Shown: positions 12,922 to 27,426 of the stretch, piece after piece | Layout of the letters: each line of letters starts with the position of its first letter | Position numbering within the stretch: position 1 is the first letter of the stretch | Assembly (NCBI RefSeq): GCF_006345805.1 | Contig: NC_042998.1 | Coordinates: forward strand, 200,694,001-200,758,000 | Direction: 5' to 3' | Length of the DNA stretch: 64,000 nt | DNA from: Octopus sinensis | Taxonomy: Eukaryota | Made by a program: the position numbers and the translations under genes | The notes under the pieces: model-generated | Database searches by the model: none | What the model saw: only the letters and a program-made list of their open reading frames with translations | Told to the model about the DNA's origin: nothing

Positions 12922-13326
12922 CTAGCAGTATCGCCCGGCGTTGCTCGGGTTTGTAAGGGAAATAACTATATAAGCCGTTTTAGAGAGTCATAGCCAAAAA
13001 ATAGCAACAAAAATTCATTAAAAATGGAAAAAAAAATTATGGTAAATTTTTTTTAAAATCGTTGACTCATAGTAGACATTTTTAGAGAGTTACTTCCCTT
13101 ATATAATAGCGAAAAAAATGCATTAAAATGGAAACAAATGATGTTATTTTTTTTAATCCTAGACTCATCATAGACGCGCGCTAATACCCAGAAGGGCTCG
13201 ATATGAATCACGACTATAAGATACCCGGTTTTGGTTAAACTGCTCCGCAAAATGTGGGAGTAGTTAGGAATCTAAATCGTAGGAGACAGACAGCACACAA
13301 CTTCACTTCTATATATAAAGAAGAGA
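12922..13326 (-). mobile_element. Non-autonomous Helitron-like element
   Basis: Minus strand A|TC...CCCGAGCAACGCCGGG hairpin...CTAG|T; internal ~100-bp tandem duplication; 3' end shared with 52187-52579. Confidence 0.8.
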
Positions 13327-13447
13327 TTACTTGTTACGTATATTAAAAATGACTCAATTAGAATAATTTTTGCACTTTCAAAATTCATTTTTAAATTATT
13401 AATAAATAATTAGAAATTTGAAAATAGGTTATAAAAATAATAGTATT

Positions 13448-13854
13448 CTTTATCTTTATCTTTTATCTTTTACTTGTTTCAGTCATTTGACGGCGGCCAT
13501 GCTGGAGCACCGCCTTTTAGTCGAGCAAATCGACCCCGGGACTTATTCTTTGTAAGCCCAGTACTTATACTATCGGTCTCTTTTGCCGAACCGCTAAGTG
13601 ACGGGGACGTAAACACACCAGCATCGGTTGTCAAGCAATGCTAGGGGAACAAACATATTCACACACACTTATATATATATATATACATACATACGACAGA
13701 CTTCTTTCAGTTTCCGTCTACCAAATCTACTCACAAGGCATTGGTCGGCCCGGGGCTATAGCAGAAGACACTTGCCCCAAGATGTCACGCAGTGGGACTG
13801 AACCCGGAGCCACGTGGTTGGTTAGCAAGCTACTTACCACACAGCCACTCCTGC
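13448..13854 (-). mobile_element. Family A SINE, full length
   Basis: Close reverse complement of 11434-11850. Confidence 0.92.
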
Positions 13855-14394
13855 ACAGTACATAATTAGTACAATAAATAGAATAATACGAACATTAGTT
13901 ATATATTACAGTAAAATCTACCTATAGTCACAAATTGCTTAAACCATTACCAAGTCGTCACATTTTCAGTCTTGACCAATGCCTATTTTTTACATAATGA
14001 ATTTGCCTACGATATATACTGTTCTACTTCACATAAATCTTTAGCTATACTGGTACTTCTAGCTCTCATTTACTAAGTATTTCAGTGTCACTATTTTAAC
14101 AAAATGATGGCACATTTTTGAATTATATTGTTACTTTGTAAATTAAAATGAAAGAATTCTTAATATTTAAATCTTAATTATACTTAAATCCAAATTTTTG
14201 CATTAGCTATATATATATTTTCAGGATATTTTACATCACAACATTTTAATCCCATGGGATCAAAATTATGAAAGTCTTCATGCTTTCTTCCATCATTGAA
14301 GTTTAGATAAATATATTTTTCTCTTTTAAAATAAAAATGTAATTTAGATATACTATCATAGTTGAATGATACACATACATATATTCATTTATAT

Positions 14395-14409
14395 CTCTAT
14401 CTATCTATC

Positions 14410-14501
<92 letters not shown>

Positions 14502-14589
14502 CATCTATCTATATATCTATCTATCTATCTATCTAGCTAGCTAGCTAGCTATCTTTCTGTATCTCTCTCTCTCTCTCTCTCTCTCTATA

Positions 14590-14670
<81 letters not shown>

Positions 14671-14688
14671 AATATATATATATATATT
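14395..14688. repeat. Compound (TATC)n/(CT)n/(TA)n microsatellite
   Basis: Direct observation. Confidence 0.95.
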
Positions 14689-14920
14689 GATAAAAATGAG
14701 GCAGTCAGAATTTTGGATTATTCTGTTTTAGCTTTTTCGTCCGTTTAGCGAAGACGACAAAGCAAAATCAAAATGATGAAAAGAGAACGTTTGTTATTCA
14801 TTTATATGAATCGGATGTCTTTTGCTTCGTTTAGAAGAGGAGAAAAATATTTCCGTTTCTTAAGATGAAGGGAGAAAGAGAGAAAGAGAAGCAAAAACGT
14901 GGTGGAGAAAATCAAAAGAT

Positions 14921-14998
<78 letters not shown>

Positions 14999-15436
14999 GA
15001 AGCCACCTTGAGCATAATCCTATGAACCTAGAAATTGAAAACAGAGCGTTACCCACTTGCAAACAAATGTGGTAACTTATAACAATATTGACCGGGGTTA
15101 TCGTGGTCTTTTTCGTAGGCTTGTCTTCTCACAGATAAACCTTATATGCTTCCCCCTTTACACCGTACATCATGATACGGTGATACACGATCCCTATTGA
15201 TCGTTTCTTTTTTCCTCTCCCCCTTTTACCTCTTTTCTCTTCTTTTTTTTCTTTTGTTTCTTTTCCTTTTTTGTTTTCTTTTGTTTCTTTTCTTTTTTTT
15301 CTTTTTTCCCTTTTATGATCCGTTTTGATCGAAAACCTACGCCACTTTTTTCTTTCTTTTTTCACCCCCCAAAAGAAAAGCTCTACCTTGTAATTTGTCC
15401 CATCTGTGTGCAGCCCTGTGTGGCCAATAAAGAAAC
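14999..15436 (+). mobile_element. Probable 3' UTR fragment of a LINE inserted in a (TATC)n array
   Basis: (TATC)n on both sides; T-rich tract; ends ...tttgtcccatctgtgtgcagccctgtgtggccAATAAAgaaa, similar to the family B SINE tail. Confidence 0.6.
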
Positions 15437-15438
15437 TC

Positions 15439-15529
<91 letters not shown>

Positions 15530-15811
15530 GATCGATCGATCGATCTATCTGTCTGTCTGTCTGGGAAAGGATATGAAAAAGAAAGCTAACTAGCCTTTCC
15601 TTATCATTTATTAGTTTTCCCCCTATCTTTATTGTCGCGAAACCTCTCCGTCTATTTTTCTCACACGTCTTTGCATCTCTTTTTCTATTCCTCGATTTTT
15701 CAAAGAAAAAGCAATATTTGTACACCACTTCAAACCCTACTTATACACACACATACATCCAGTGCTATGTACTCTCTCTATATATTCAACAGTTAAAATA
15801 TATTTCCTAAG

Positions 15812-15897
15812 TATTTTTGTGTAGTAGTATTCATTCTACGTCCGCTGCTCCATACTTACCTTACAGATCAATTCGTAAACTACGCTAACATCCGACG
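15812..15897 (+). CDS. Weak candidate exon (YFCVVVFILRPLLHTYLTDQFVNYANIR)
   Basis: ttcctaag|...cg|gtaata; ends in phase 2, matching the start phase of 17271. Confidence 0.2.
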
Positions 15898-17270
15898 GTA
15901 ATAGCAAAATCATCTACAAAATGGCTACAAAATTTACGAAGTAAAACTCGTGCATTAACATTAATAAAATAGTATTGTGATCTACCAATCGAAAATTAGC
16001 TTTTCATTTATTTATGTATTTAATTGTCAGCATCACCATCATCATCATCATCATTATCATCATCAATGTCATCATCATTATTATTATATTGTTTGTGTGA
16101 AATAAAGGAAAATATAAATAAATGTCATTAATAATAATAGCGGAAAACACTAAAAGATAAAAAAAAAAAACACTCGCAAACAGATCTAAAAGACTCCCCA
16201 CAAAACACACATCAGCAAAAAAAAAATAGTTTCTATGTCCTTTCAGAAATCTCATATAGGAATATAATACCATACAATGCACTGTAACGTGAATAATTTA
16301 TATAAAACTTTTTCAGAGTTGCTTATTTCCGTCCATCTTCTTAATGAAAGCTAAAATTTGAATGTCGTTCCACGCCAAATCTCGACGTGGAAATAGAATT
16401 AATTGAAGCTGGCAATGATAAGGGTCTCTATAGGATAAAACTTGCCAATATATCTATTGTTAGGGACGTTCCACTCTTTGTATTGGCCGTTTTTCCCGTT
16501 AGATCTCATCTCGTGAATTAATTGCTATCATCTTCCTCATGAAAGTAAGCTACCCTCGAAAAAATAAAAGTGAATCGTACTACCCCGTTAGAATGTCTTG
16601 CACCAGTGCAATGTGGCGGTTTGTAGTGAAGTTTGTGTGGTATTTTAAATATTTTAAATAATGCTACACATCTATCCTAATGATGTGAATAATTTCTTTC
16701 TATGAGAAAAATTTCCTAAAAGAATTGGAAACATAGTAGATATTTTACACCTAGAGATTCAATAAATTTACGATAGAAAGACACTTCAGCTACACAGTCA
16801 TCATTCCCAGGTGTTCTTGTGAATTTGCTGAAGGGGCCTTCGTTAAAGAGGCACATGCGTCCCTACATTCAAATGCTTTACATACATAACCAGTTTATTC
16901 GTATCGACTTCCGAATTTTTGCAAGCAAATAATTGTTAGTCGTAGTAACTAACTCTCTACGAAATGGTAACACTGATTTTCCAACGGCAGTGTTTCCAGC
17001 AAAGTATAAGAATGAGAGCGTCTCACAAAATTCCAGATGAAAAAGGCTCAGTCTTTTTGTTCGCAAGATCCAAATCTATAGCCCTTTCATAAAAACGATC
17101 TGTTAAAAAAAAAAATGTTTAGTGATCAGTGGTAACATACCCGAACACGGACTAAGAGTTGCTGTATATGACACATATAATTTCAAAACTTCACCGTGTA
17201 CAAAATCATTATGAATAGGAAAAAATTAAAGTGTATGGATAACAATATATTTTTCGTGCGTTATTAACAG

Positions 17271-17504
17271 TAAACTTCTGTCCCGCGTATACGCTGTTTC
17301 TCTCTTTGATGCTTCTACTACTATTACGGGGATCCGTTTCACTGGGAAATTAATAGCCTCGAGTAAAAACAACTCAGACTCTACACACTCACATGTATCA
17401 CTAAGTTTAGTGAAATATAATATATTTAAACTATCAGGAACTGCACTGAATATTATAACAAGCCCATGTACCACCCATTGCTGGTTCACTGGAATTTCTT
17501 ACAG
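17271..17504 (+). CDS. Candidate internal exon (KLLSRVYAVSLF...SPCTTHCWFTGISY)
   Basis: ttattaacag|234 nt, 77 codons with no stop|cag-gtacat; long open frame in non-repetitive AT-rich DNA. Confidence 0.42.
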
Positions 17505-17827
17505 GTACATAATTATTTCTTCGGCAGTTATCAAATTTTAACTGTTTAAGATGAGTAATGATAGATCAATTCTGAGCAATCTCGGAGAACCTGAACTGAA
17601 CATAGGGACAGCCGTTTATTCCAGATCAAAGAAATAAAAAACGAAATGCTATGTTGGTAAAGTTTGTAATGTTTCATCTGAAGGCATTAAATCTCCCGAA
17701 AGAAATATTTCGAAGTGTGGAAGATGACAGATTTAAGAATGCATAATTATATACATTACTGGAGCAGGGACCTGAAAGTAGGAACGCAGGTAATTCCACG
17801 TTAACACATAAACAAACACACAAGTTT

Positions 17828-17972
<145 letters not shown>

Positions 17973-17998
17973 CTTATATATACATACATAATATTAAT

Positions 17999-18052
<54 letters not shown>

Positions 18053-18129
18053 TATATATATATAAACATACTTATATATACATACATAAATATTTATACA
18101 ATATATATATATATATACATATATATACA

Positions 18130-18172
<43 letters not shown>

Positions 18173-18289
18173 GAATGTGTGTATGTGTGTGTGATATGAA
18201 AGAAATTGTTGTGTATAGTGCACAGGTGCGCTACAAATGAGAAAAAAATGCCATCAGGTGTAATGTTGGAGGATTTCAGGAACCATTGA

Positions 18290-20880
18290 AGGACGTAGTG
18301 TTCCGACATCTAACGACTGTTACGTGTAGTTTATTCCATGCTTCAAAAATTCTGAGTGTGTGAAAAATTGTTACCGAAAATCATGGGTTCTGTGTTGTTT
18401 TGGGATTTTGTAAGCATGTCCACGAGTGTTTGACATATGGAATTCATAACAGTGCGCAAGGTTGTTGGAAAGTTTGTTGATAATCTTGTGGTGTCTACCA
18501 AGTTAAATGCTAAGCACCTGAGCTTTAATGAGTCCATCCCCAAGGGAGCAAGACTTCAGAGTATGATAGATGCCTGACGGCGGGTATTCATTTTGTTCCA
18601 CGTTGCTGAACAGTTTCCGGGATATTAATATGCTGAGCAAGGTAGGGTTTCCAGAATGGGTATGAACATTCTAATTGCGGACGTACTATTGTCACATACA
18701 GTTTTAAACAGATAGCTGGAGAGCAGTTGATAAAGGTCTTAATAAGTGATGCCAGGACATCCTCAGCTTTCTTGACAATTTTAGAGATGTGCTTTATCTA
18801 ACGGAGATCACTATTTACAATAATACTCAGACGACGTTCACTAGCAAACTTCTGAGACTGGCATTGTTGAGGAAGTATCTAAAGGCATGCTTTTTTCCTC
18901 CCAAAGTGCACGGGACGCACTTATCCACAACTAGCTGGAGTTGTCAGACAGACATCCAATGCTGCATTGTGTCATGGTCTGATTGTAGGAAAGATGTGTA
19001 GTGCATATGATCTGTTCAAAGTACAGCTTGATATCATCTACAAATTTCAACATTGTAACATTCCTCAGGTCCAAGAACAGATCCTTGTGGTCCACCAGAT
19101 GTCATCCCGTTGAGTGAAGAGTGATATTTTAGAACCGTAACTACCGCCTTCCAACCGAGAATGAAGGATTTCAACCAGTTATAGGGATCATCTTTCTTAT
19201 CCATTGAAGAGAGTTTTGCCATGAGTTATTTGTGTGGCACAGAATTGAAGCCTTAAGTTAAGTAAAGTTAGATAACATCCACCAATGAGCCGTCATCAGT
19301 ATCTCAGGTTTTAAAGAAATTCGATGAGTTGGCTACAACAGCTGGAGTTAGGGAAAAATCCAAATAAGGCTGTGAAAAGCTGTGTGAGCTCCAAAAGTTC
19401 CAGAATGTTTTTCTTTTACAGAACTCCATTAGTTTGGCGAAGCAGATAGTAAGGTTGACTAGATGGTACATGACAGGTGATGTGTGATCAACATTTTGGA
19501 ACAGGGATACGGCACTGGCAATTTTCTACTGTTTTGGAGTTACACAGTTATTAAGGCACAACTGAAAGGAGAATGAAATTTGGTGCAAACGAAAGAACCC
19601 ACTACATTTGAGAAGCAAATAAATAACACCATCAAGACCAGGAGAGACATAGTTGCGCTTATTCTGGAGCTGACATCGGGGGAATGCGGGCATGAATTTC
19701 ACAGATGTTATGGAATTTATTGACAGAGCTGCCGAAGAAGGTACATTATAATATTCACTAATAAACTCAATACATTCCATGGGATCTTCAGTGACCCGAT
19801 CTGTGTGGGGAACTTAAAGATGGCCAACGGAGAGTGAGGTCTCTGTTTCAAACGTACATACTTCCAGAACTGGTTATTATGCGTTTGCAAACTTAAAGAC
19901 CGTTTTTTTTTCCCACTTGCTTCGTGGTTCGATGATCTATTGCGTCGTCTATTCTCATCTGCTCTATGCTGTCTATATTTCTGTTCAGAAACACGACGAT
20001 CATTCCTGGTAAATTAAACTGCTGCAGTCTCCCAATTTGTACTTTCTCGAATTTTAGAGCATTTTCGAGGTACTGATACATCACAGCGCAGATTGCACTG
20101 AGAATGTTTTAAAATTCATTATTGACGCCATCAGAATCGTTAAATTGAAGCCAGTTTGCGGGTTGCCATTCATCCCAGTAACAGTTCATGCCTACTTTTT
20201 TCCAGTCAAAGCGATTGTTTATTAGGTCGCGGTGCTTGTTGTTTATGCCTATAAGTGACATATTGGCAATGATCATAGCCTGAACGGAGTCGCCTAGAGG
20301 TTCTTTGGTTGTAACACTAATCATAGCTTCAGGAGTGGTGGTAAAAACAGGTCCAGAGTATTGTTACGTCTAATGGGGGATATGGATACTTGGGACTAGT
20401 TTCATTCCAGCACTACACCAAGCAAATCGTCTGGACTTTGCGGCAATCGAGAAGCTTCCAAATCAATTTCAGGGTAATTGCTCTTACCTGCAACGAAAAA
20501 ATAAGTGCGGCCGTGAGTATTTCAAAATTCTGTGTGTCGTCATGGTAATTTAGTGGGCGATAGACAACTCCAGGTATCAGTGTTTACACGTTTATGAGTA
20601 GTTAGCAAAAGAGTACGTTCAGTTGCGTTTCTTCAGATCATCTCAAGGAATGTATGAAATGTTTCACCAAACGTAGATCATCACGTCACCTCTGCGACTA
20701 TAAGAACGGTCTTTGCAAACAAGTTGTAACCAACTATGCTAAAAACACCAACACGGATACTATGACTGCGATGAAATCGGGGTCAATATGTTTGATGTAG
20801 GAGTCAAAAACGTGTACTTTGTTACACAAATTTCGTGCATTCAGGAATAGGAGTTCTAAATGGGAGTTAATCCCATCATG
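18290..20880 (-). mobile_element. Decayed CR1/L2-type LINE ORF2 (APE endonuclease plus reverse transcriptase)
   Basis: Collinear remnants NARNLCNK, GVVYRP, NTLD, SPGLDG, VDVI, SGGPQGSVLGP, VRPQLE; many stops and frameshifts. Confidence 0.85.
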
Positions 20881-21094
20881 ATTGAGTACAGGATACGAAA
20901 TATGTGTTTTGTTGATCAATAGCAACACTGAGAATAATTTTTGTACGGGCTGCATGATATTCTCTGTGTGTGTCTCTGTCTCTGTGTTTGTCTGCCCCTA
21001 TGTGTGTGTGTAACCACTATACACACACATAGGTAACCACTACACACATGTTTTCCTCTCCTTTTTTTTCTCCTTGATGTTTTTTTCTGTGTCC

Positions 21095-21130
21095 CTTTCT
21101 GTAGAAAAGCGTAGGCTCGAAACGTAAAAT
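21095..21130 (+). ncRNA. Degenerate minimal hammerhead motif in a short element ending at (TA)n
   Basis: cttt-CTGTAGA-a-aagc gtag gctc-GAAAC-GTA-aaa; core A6 altered. Confidence 0.35.
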
Positions 21131-21218
21131 GCTTTTCTTTTCCTGAGCGTTACATTAAAACATCTGTTTGTTTTGTACACCATATGTCTTCGTCGTTTGC
21201 TTTTTTCGTGAACTTTTC

Positions 21219-21266
<48 letters not shown>

Positions 21267-23341
21267 TGTAGCTTAAGAGGAACTGATATCAATTCCTTGT
21301 TAAAACATGGTAGAGTAAATATTTAACAAATGGCTTTTCATATTCCGCTAGTAGCATTACTTAAATTGTTATTCATTTTAAATAATCTTCAGGTAACACT
21401 GCTTGTGATGGTAACACTAGAATTTCTCATACTAGATGTTACTTGTAAATCGTGTATTAACTAAAATACACTAAATTTTGGAGCATCTTTCCATAAACAT
21501 AATTTGAAATCCTAATGCTTGTCTGGTCTGAACAAGCTATTTGAAGTCCAACAATGAAGTTCCCTCTACTTACATTTGGTATATTCCCAGCATTTCTGAA
21601 AATGTGTTTCTCTATTGTAAAATTCATGATTTATGGTCAATGGGAAATAACATTTCAATAAACAAACTGTATATACCACTTTCTAATTAGATCTGTTGAT
21701 GTATGATGAATCTTAAATTATTCCTAAACAAGAAATAAGATTTAAGCGAATGACTGCATATGGTTTGATTTAATGCATTCCACTTAAGTGAAAGTTGGTA
21801 CAACGTAAGACATACACAGATATGTCGAACAATATATATAAAGATCTGTTTTGTTTGAGCTTTGAAAGAATAGAATAATGCGGACTATTATACAAAATAA
21901 ATTAACAATTTCAAAGCATGTGGCCATATCTAGAGATGTGGGCCAATGTGGAACAGCTTTGTAAATTAACGTTGGTGTCCACATTTTAGTCACAGTATAG
22001 ATAGCATGGTTAAATCATGGAGGGTAGGTTTAAAATATTAAATCATACAACTGCATAATATTCGCTGTATCACTTCTGATTTGTTTCTAATGCTATGCTA
22101 AGACACTTTCACATAAATCATCAAGAGTAGGTGAACAAGATAGAGTATTTCTGGTGTTCAGATATCTGCTCTCTTAATCCGACAAATGCAATTAACATGT
22201 ATATTTTGATATATTGCCTAAAGATGTTGTGCTAAAATTTACGTTTGCGGCTGAAACCTGGTCAATCGTTTCTATATTTGGATGTTGTTCAAGTCAATGG
22301 CAATGGGCTGTGCATATTGAAGGCAGACACTGACGAAAGCAGACTAAACAAGATGGGCATTGTCTTGTGGTCGACACACTACCAAACGTCTAAAATTTCG
22401 CCAAATAGCAGCTCTGTATTGTGGTTTATTTTATCAATACCAGGTGCACGAAGAGCAAAATTTACACATACTCTGTTTGATCTTACAGCATTACAATTTA
22501 GAAAACAATACTGTATTTGTTCCGTCAACAAATAATACTTGACACCAACAAATACTTTAGCAACTCGCTCGTAGCTCTGATGTTTCTGGATTGCTCCTGC
22601 AGATAGTTATTTTGTGAAAGCATTTTCTAGCATCGTGTCTGTTGGTATCTATCCTTGTGAAAGAAAATAAGCAATCAGTATGCGTCTGGAGACTCATTTG
22701 ATCGGTTGTGTCTGAAATTGTAACACCCATTACACATTGTCCAAAGGTATACGGCTTCGTGGAAAATTAAACTTTTTACAAACTAATTCAATGGTAGGCA
22801 GCACCCTTGCTCAAACAATTGGAAACTTATTGCTTGAACCGATGGAAATCTGTTTACAATATCGAAGATAAGGTCAACGATACATTCGTCACGTAATTTA
22901 AAAATTTGCGGTAATTAATTTTTTCCCAAAATCATTAATGTCATGTTTAAATGAAATAAGGCATCTTCAAAGTGCGGCAAAAACTTTGAAATAACAGCCC
23001 AAATCTCTCATAAACCAGATCTTAACGAAAGACAAAAACATATAAAGAGGTTTGTTGGGTTTTGGAATAGACAAGTGAAAAATACGGAATACATGAATAT
23101 TGCGTCTATTTCACGCGTCACTTCCAAAACCGACATTCGGTTTTACCTAATCATCTCTCGCTGGTTAATGATGAATTTCACACTGCAACAATATAAATGA
23201 TATTAATATACGGCTTTCTATTAATACGGCTACAAAGAACTAAATCAGATGGTTTCAGTAATACATCGTTAAATACATTAGAAACTTATTTCGTTTTTGG
23301 ATTTGGTTTGCAAGATTCTTTATATAATTTCGTGTTGAAGC

Positions 23342-23603
23342 ATATTCTGTTGTGTGTGGGGAGAGTCATTTTCTTTTTGTGCCTTATAATGTAACACACG
23401 CACCGGTAAAATTTCCACATTTTTCTTTTTTTTTTTCTTTGCGTCTTGCAACCTTTTCAATAGTCAAGACTATTGAAAAGGCTGCAAGACGCAAAGAAAC
23501 TTTTAGGAAAATGAAAATAAGAAAAAGATTGGAAACTTTACCGGTGCGTGTGTTACATTACAAGGCACAAAAAAAATGAATCTCCCCAGACACAACATAA
23601 CAT
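23342..23603. mobile_element. Palindromic MITE (~260 bp)
   Basis: Arms tgttgtg...aatgtaacacacgcaccggtaaa...ttcaatagtc and gactattgaa...tttaccggtgcgtgtgttacatt...cacaaca around a 2-nt centre. Confidence 0.85.
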
Positions 23604-26084
23604 TAGAAACCGTAACAATTTTAATTAAAATTATTATTCACTCATAAGAAGCTTCTTTAGTTCAAATTTCTATTCTGTGATATTCCCAAATAATCCAATC
23701 GAAGATCTGCCTATAATATTGGATCCTGTGTACTTCACCCTTTCCTTAAAATTCTAATCCAGTCCTTTCTTTTTTATACGCTGATGAATTCAATTCTCCG
23801 CTGTCTGTGTAAAGACTAAATATTTTCTTCGACTCATTCGAAGACGACACAATGAAAATTCTCGTTCGGGTTGCAGTCAAGTCCATTAAACTTGGAGAAC
23901 ATGTCATGAATTAATTAAAAGTAATTTTCAGTCTCATGATCGGCAAGAATACGCTTAACAGATAGAACACGGACGATTTCTGACTGTTCATCGCGAAATC
24001 TATAAAATGAAGGTAATGCCTTTAAAGATCTGAGGGTATTAGGAATTATTGATTTTCGTTTTTGTGCGCTCACTCAAATGAGTGTCCTATATAAATGACA
24101 CATGCATTGTTTTTCCCAGTCCTTTGCTAAACTACCTCATCAAAACAATCATTTTACTTACAATGGTGGTAGGATGTTTTTTTCTGTCAACCAGAAATTC
24201 GGTAATAAATTATTTTTCCTCACTTACCCATCTTTCATAAAGCTAAACCTCTCTTCCTGTGACCAGTGGTAATATTTATATTTATTGCCCCAAAAGTTCA
24301 CAGCATGGAGTTCAGCAATTTAATTTGAACTCATACTTCTATGCATTTGATACTTAATCTATACTGAGATCTAAAAATTATGTGGTACATTTCCTATATA
24401 CTGATAGATTCATCAATTGAAATCAAGCCATTTGAATCAGTTTGTAAACAAACTCTTTCAACTCTATTTGTGATAATCAATGAAAAGCTTGTAGCTCTAA
24501 AAACAGCATGTAGCTCTTATTGTTGGCGAATACAGAGCAATAAGCTGCTCGTATAGACAGATGTAATGTTTATTTGACTCGTCATAAAAAGACATCACTT
24601 AGATTCTACAATGAAGCAATTTTTTTTAAAAGTTCAAACTTGATGCGAGCAATTACGAAACTAACTTTGAGATATATCTATTCGTTCATGATTTATTCTA
24701 GACTTACAAAGCAACCACATGTGTCCATATTGTTATAGATAGATGTTTATAAAAAAGTATTACATGCAGTTAAATACATATACATATAAGCTTATAAATT
24801 CATATGTAGATGCATACTTGAATATATATGGTTGTATGTGTGGCGATATGTGTGTATATACGCCTTTAAATCATAAATCTATGATTCAAATTCCTGTATA
24901 TAAAAAAAACACTTGGGCCTTTCAAGTAGTAGACATACAAACAGGGCAAATTATTTATCCGCAGATCAAAAAAATTATGAAAATTTATTTGACCTCAACA
25001 GTTGTGTGAACATTATTTGACCTATCCCAGTGAAATATGTAGCCAATATGTTATATATATACAACAAATACAGTTGCTACAGACAACTGGGGTTAATAAT
25101 TTGCATAAAACAATTGTTTACTTTCAATATACTAATCGATTATCTCCATTTTTACCACAAAAGCATAAGGATTATCGTTTCTCTATTTATCCCTTCTGAA
25201 ACACTAGTGCTCCATTCTCCAAGTTCCTACGCGACACATCAGTACAAAGCAATATACAGAGGTCATGGTGTATTTTGACCTTCACCTCTACTATACATAT
25301 TGCCGTAAACACTGACAGATATATCAATATATATGGCAGTATTATGTATTTTCAAAGCTCTAGCAGGTGCAACAAAAGTAAGGGTACATTTGGAATTAGA
25401 ATAAGAATAGGAAAAGGATGTACCATTGTAATTAGTTCAAGAATTATACCCAATAGAAGCTTTATTTTCAAGAGAACTGAATTCTGTGTTTAACAACTGC
25501 TAAATCATTTCGCAGAATTTGCCCATCTTTGCAGAATTTCCACGTCGAAAAAGGGTTACCATTTCCGTGGCATTTCATTGTTACTTGAACAAAATGTAAT
25601 TAGAGCAAGCAATCAACTAACTCAAACATAATGGACCAAACTATGTCGTTACAAACGGCTTGCTGAAATAACGTTCCCTCTATGCTATACGATCCATATA
25701 TATTGTGTTACTTGCTTCCTTTAATATCATTCCAAAGTCGACGGATATCGTAGTAGGATATCTCTGTACATTTAGTTCAAATCTATTTAGTATCGCATTA
25801 CTGATTATAACCTTTCGCATTCACATGTTTTCGAATGTTGTACTTTAAGAATTTACAAAATATATTTCGATATATTTGATATTATGCGTGGGAATTATCT
25901 GAAATAAATTTATAAATATATCATCCTGACATAAAATTTGAAATATTTGTTTATTGATTTTTGCTATTAAATCTTATATTGCTTATTAAGTAGCGCAATC
26001 TTACAGCCGTTGACTCAGCTCGTAAAAATGTCATAACTTCAAATTGGTTACATTATGTGTATGTGTGTGTGTGTGTATGTGTGT

Positions 26085-26125
<41 letters not shown>

Positions 26126-26552
26126 TTACTTGTCTGTGTGTGTTTCTCTGAGTGCATCTATACATAAACAACATCTACATGGACGTATATATGCAAATAC
26201 GAACACGAATGATAGCTTTTTGGGTTTTTTTATTTAGGAATATATGTTTAGAATTCATGTTTTACGAAGCACTGAAATAAATGTTAGCTTTATCCAATGT
26301 GAAATACAAAGTTTAACCATTATTGATTAAGAGATACGTATGATTACTGTGAATTATATTCTTAGCTGTGGACTTCAAACGAAAAACTCCTCATTTGATG
26401 TACTGAGAACTCTTTTTCTTTATACTGCCTAAAATTCCATTCCATTCTATTGCCAATGCGCCTTCATCCTTATGCAAACACATTAGTGAAAAATATATGT
26501 CCTTCTAGGCTTCTAGAGAGAATTCCCAGTAAACTTTTTATTTATAATGTAA

Positions 26553-26690
26553 AGTATAGAAGCCATCTTATCATGGCTAACCACATTGGGGAGGGGGTGT
26601 CACTGTAGCTTTATAGCCCCAAGAGATCTTCGTCTTAAGCTGGCTTTAGACACAATATCTGTGTCCTTGGAGTATTTGCAAAGGGAGGCC
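26553..26690. repeat. Single-arm copy of the repeat forming the 35500-35918 inverted structure
   Basis: ggctaaccac...cactgtagctt...agtatttgcaaaggg shared. Confidence 0.65.
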
Positions 26691-27426
26691 ATTTTATTTA
26701 TAACATTTTTAAAACATCCTCTTTTTAAATAACTTTATTCTGTTTGTTAAGCATTGAAGAAGCATGCCTAGCTCTCCATTGCTGGAGAAATTCCTTCCTT
26801 GAATTTAAAATTAACATTGTATCACATCCAGTGGTTATAAACATATTTTATCCATCGCATCAAATCCCAAGATTATTTTACTCTATGTTTCTGGGAATTT
26901 AGTCATCCTCTGAATCACTCCAATCCACTTCCGTATCTAAGATTTTGTTATACGGAAACTTTTTGCCAAGAGCGCTAAACGATACGTTTGCATACACCCT
27001 TACATGGAGCGCTTGTTACACAAATTTAATACTTTATATTCATATAAAATAATACGAATAAGTGGATATCAGAAAATTCCTAGATAGGAACACTAAACAT
27101 TTATTTCTGTCTTGATCTATGATAAAGATATATACTTCTGCTTCATTTTACCTCTTCTATATCTAAGATGAGAAAATGGAAAAAAAAAAAGATGGAATTA
27201 TTTCCCAGTTTCCATCATATCTTTCATAGCAATGTAGAAACCAATATAAGACTACTGCTTTTTCATAGAACAGACACTGGCATGCGGTTGGGAAGATTAT
27301 TTCCCAATCGTATTATTTTTCGTACTTAAAATAATGTGTAGTATAATTGTCAACAAACGTTCACACTATTAGTGAATGGTGGCAAACGTTTGAGTGAATA
27401 ATGAGCAGATAGTATATATATATATA

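Noticed and set aside
23932-24012. AG/GT-bounded segment as an exon
   Set aside because: Stops in all three frames from the best acceptor
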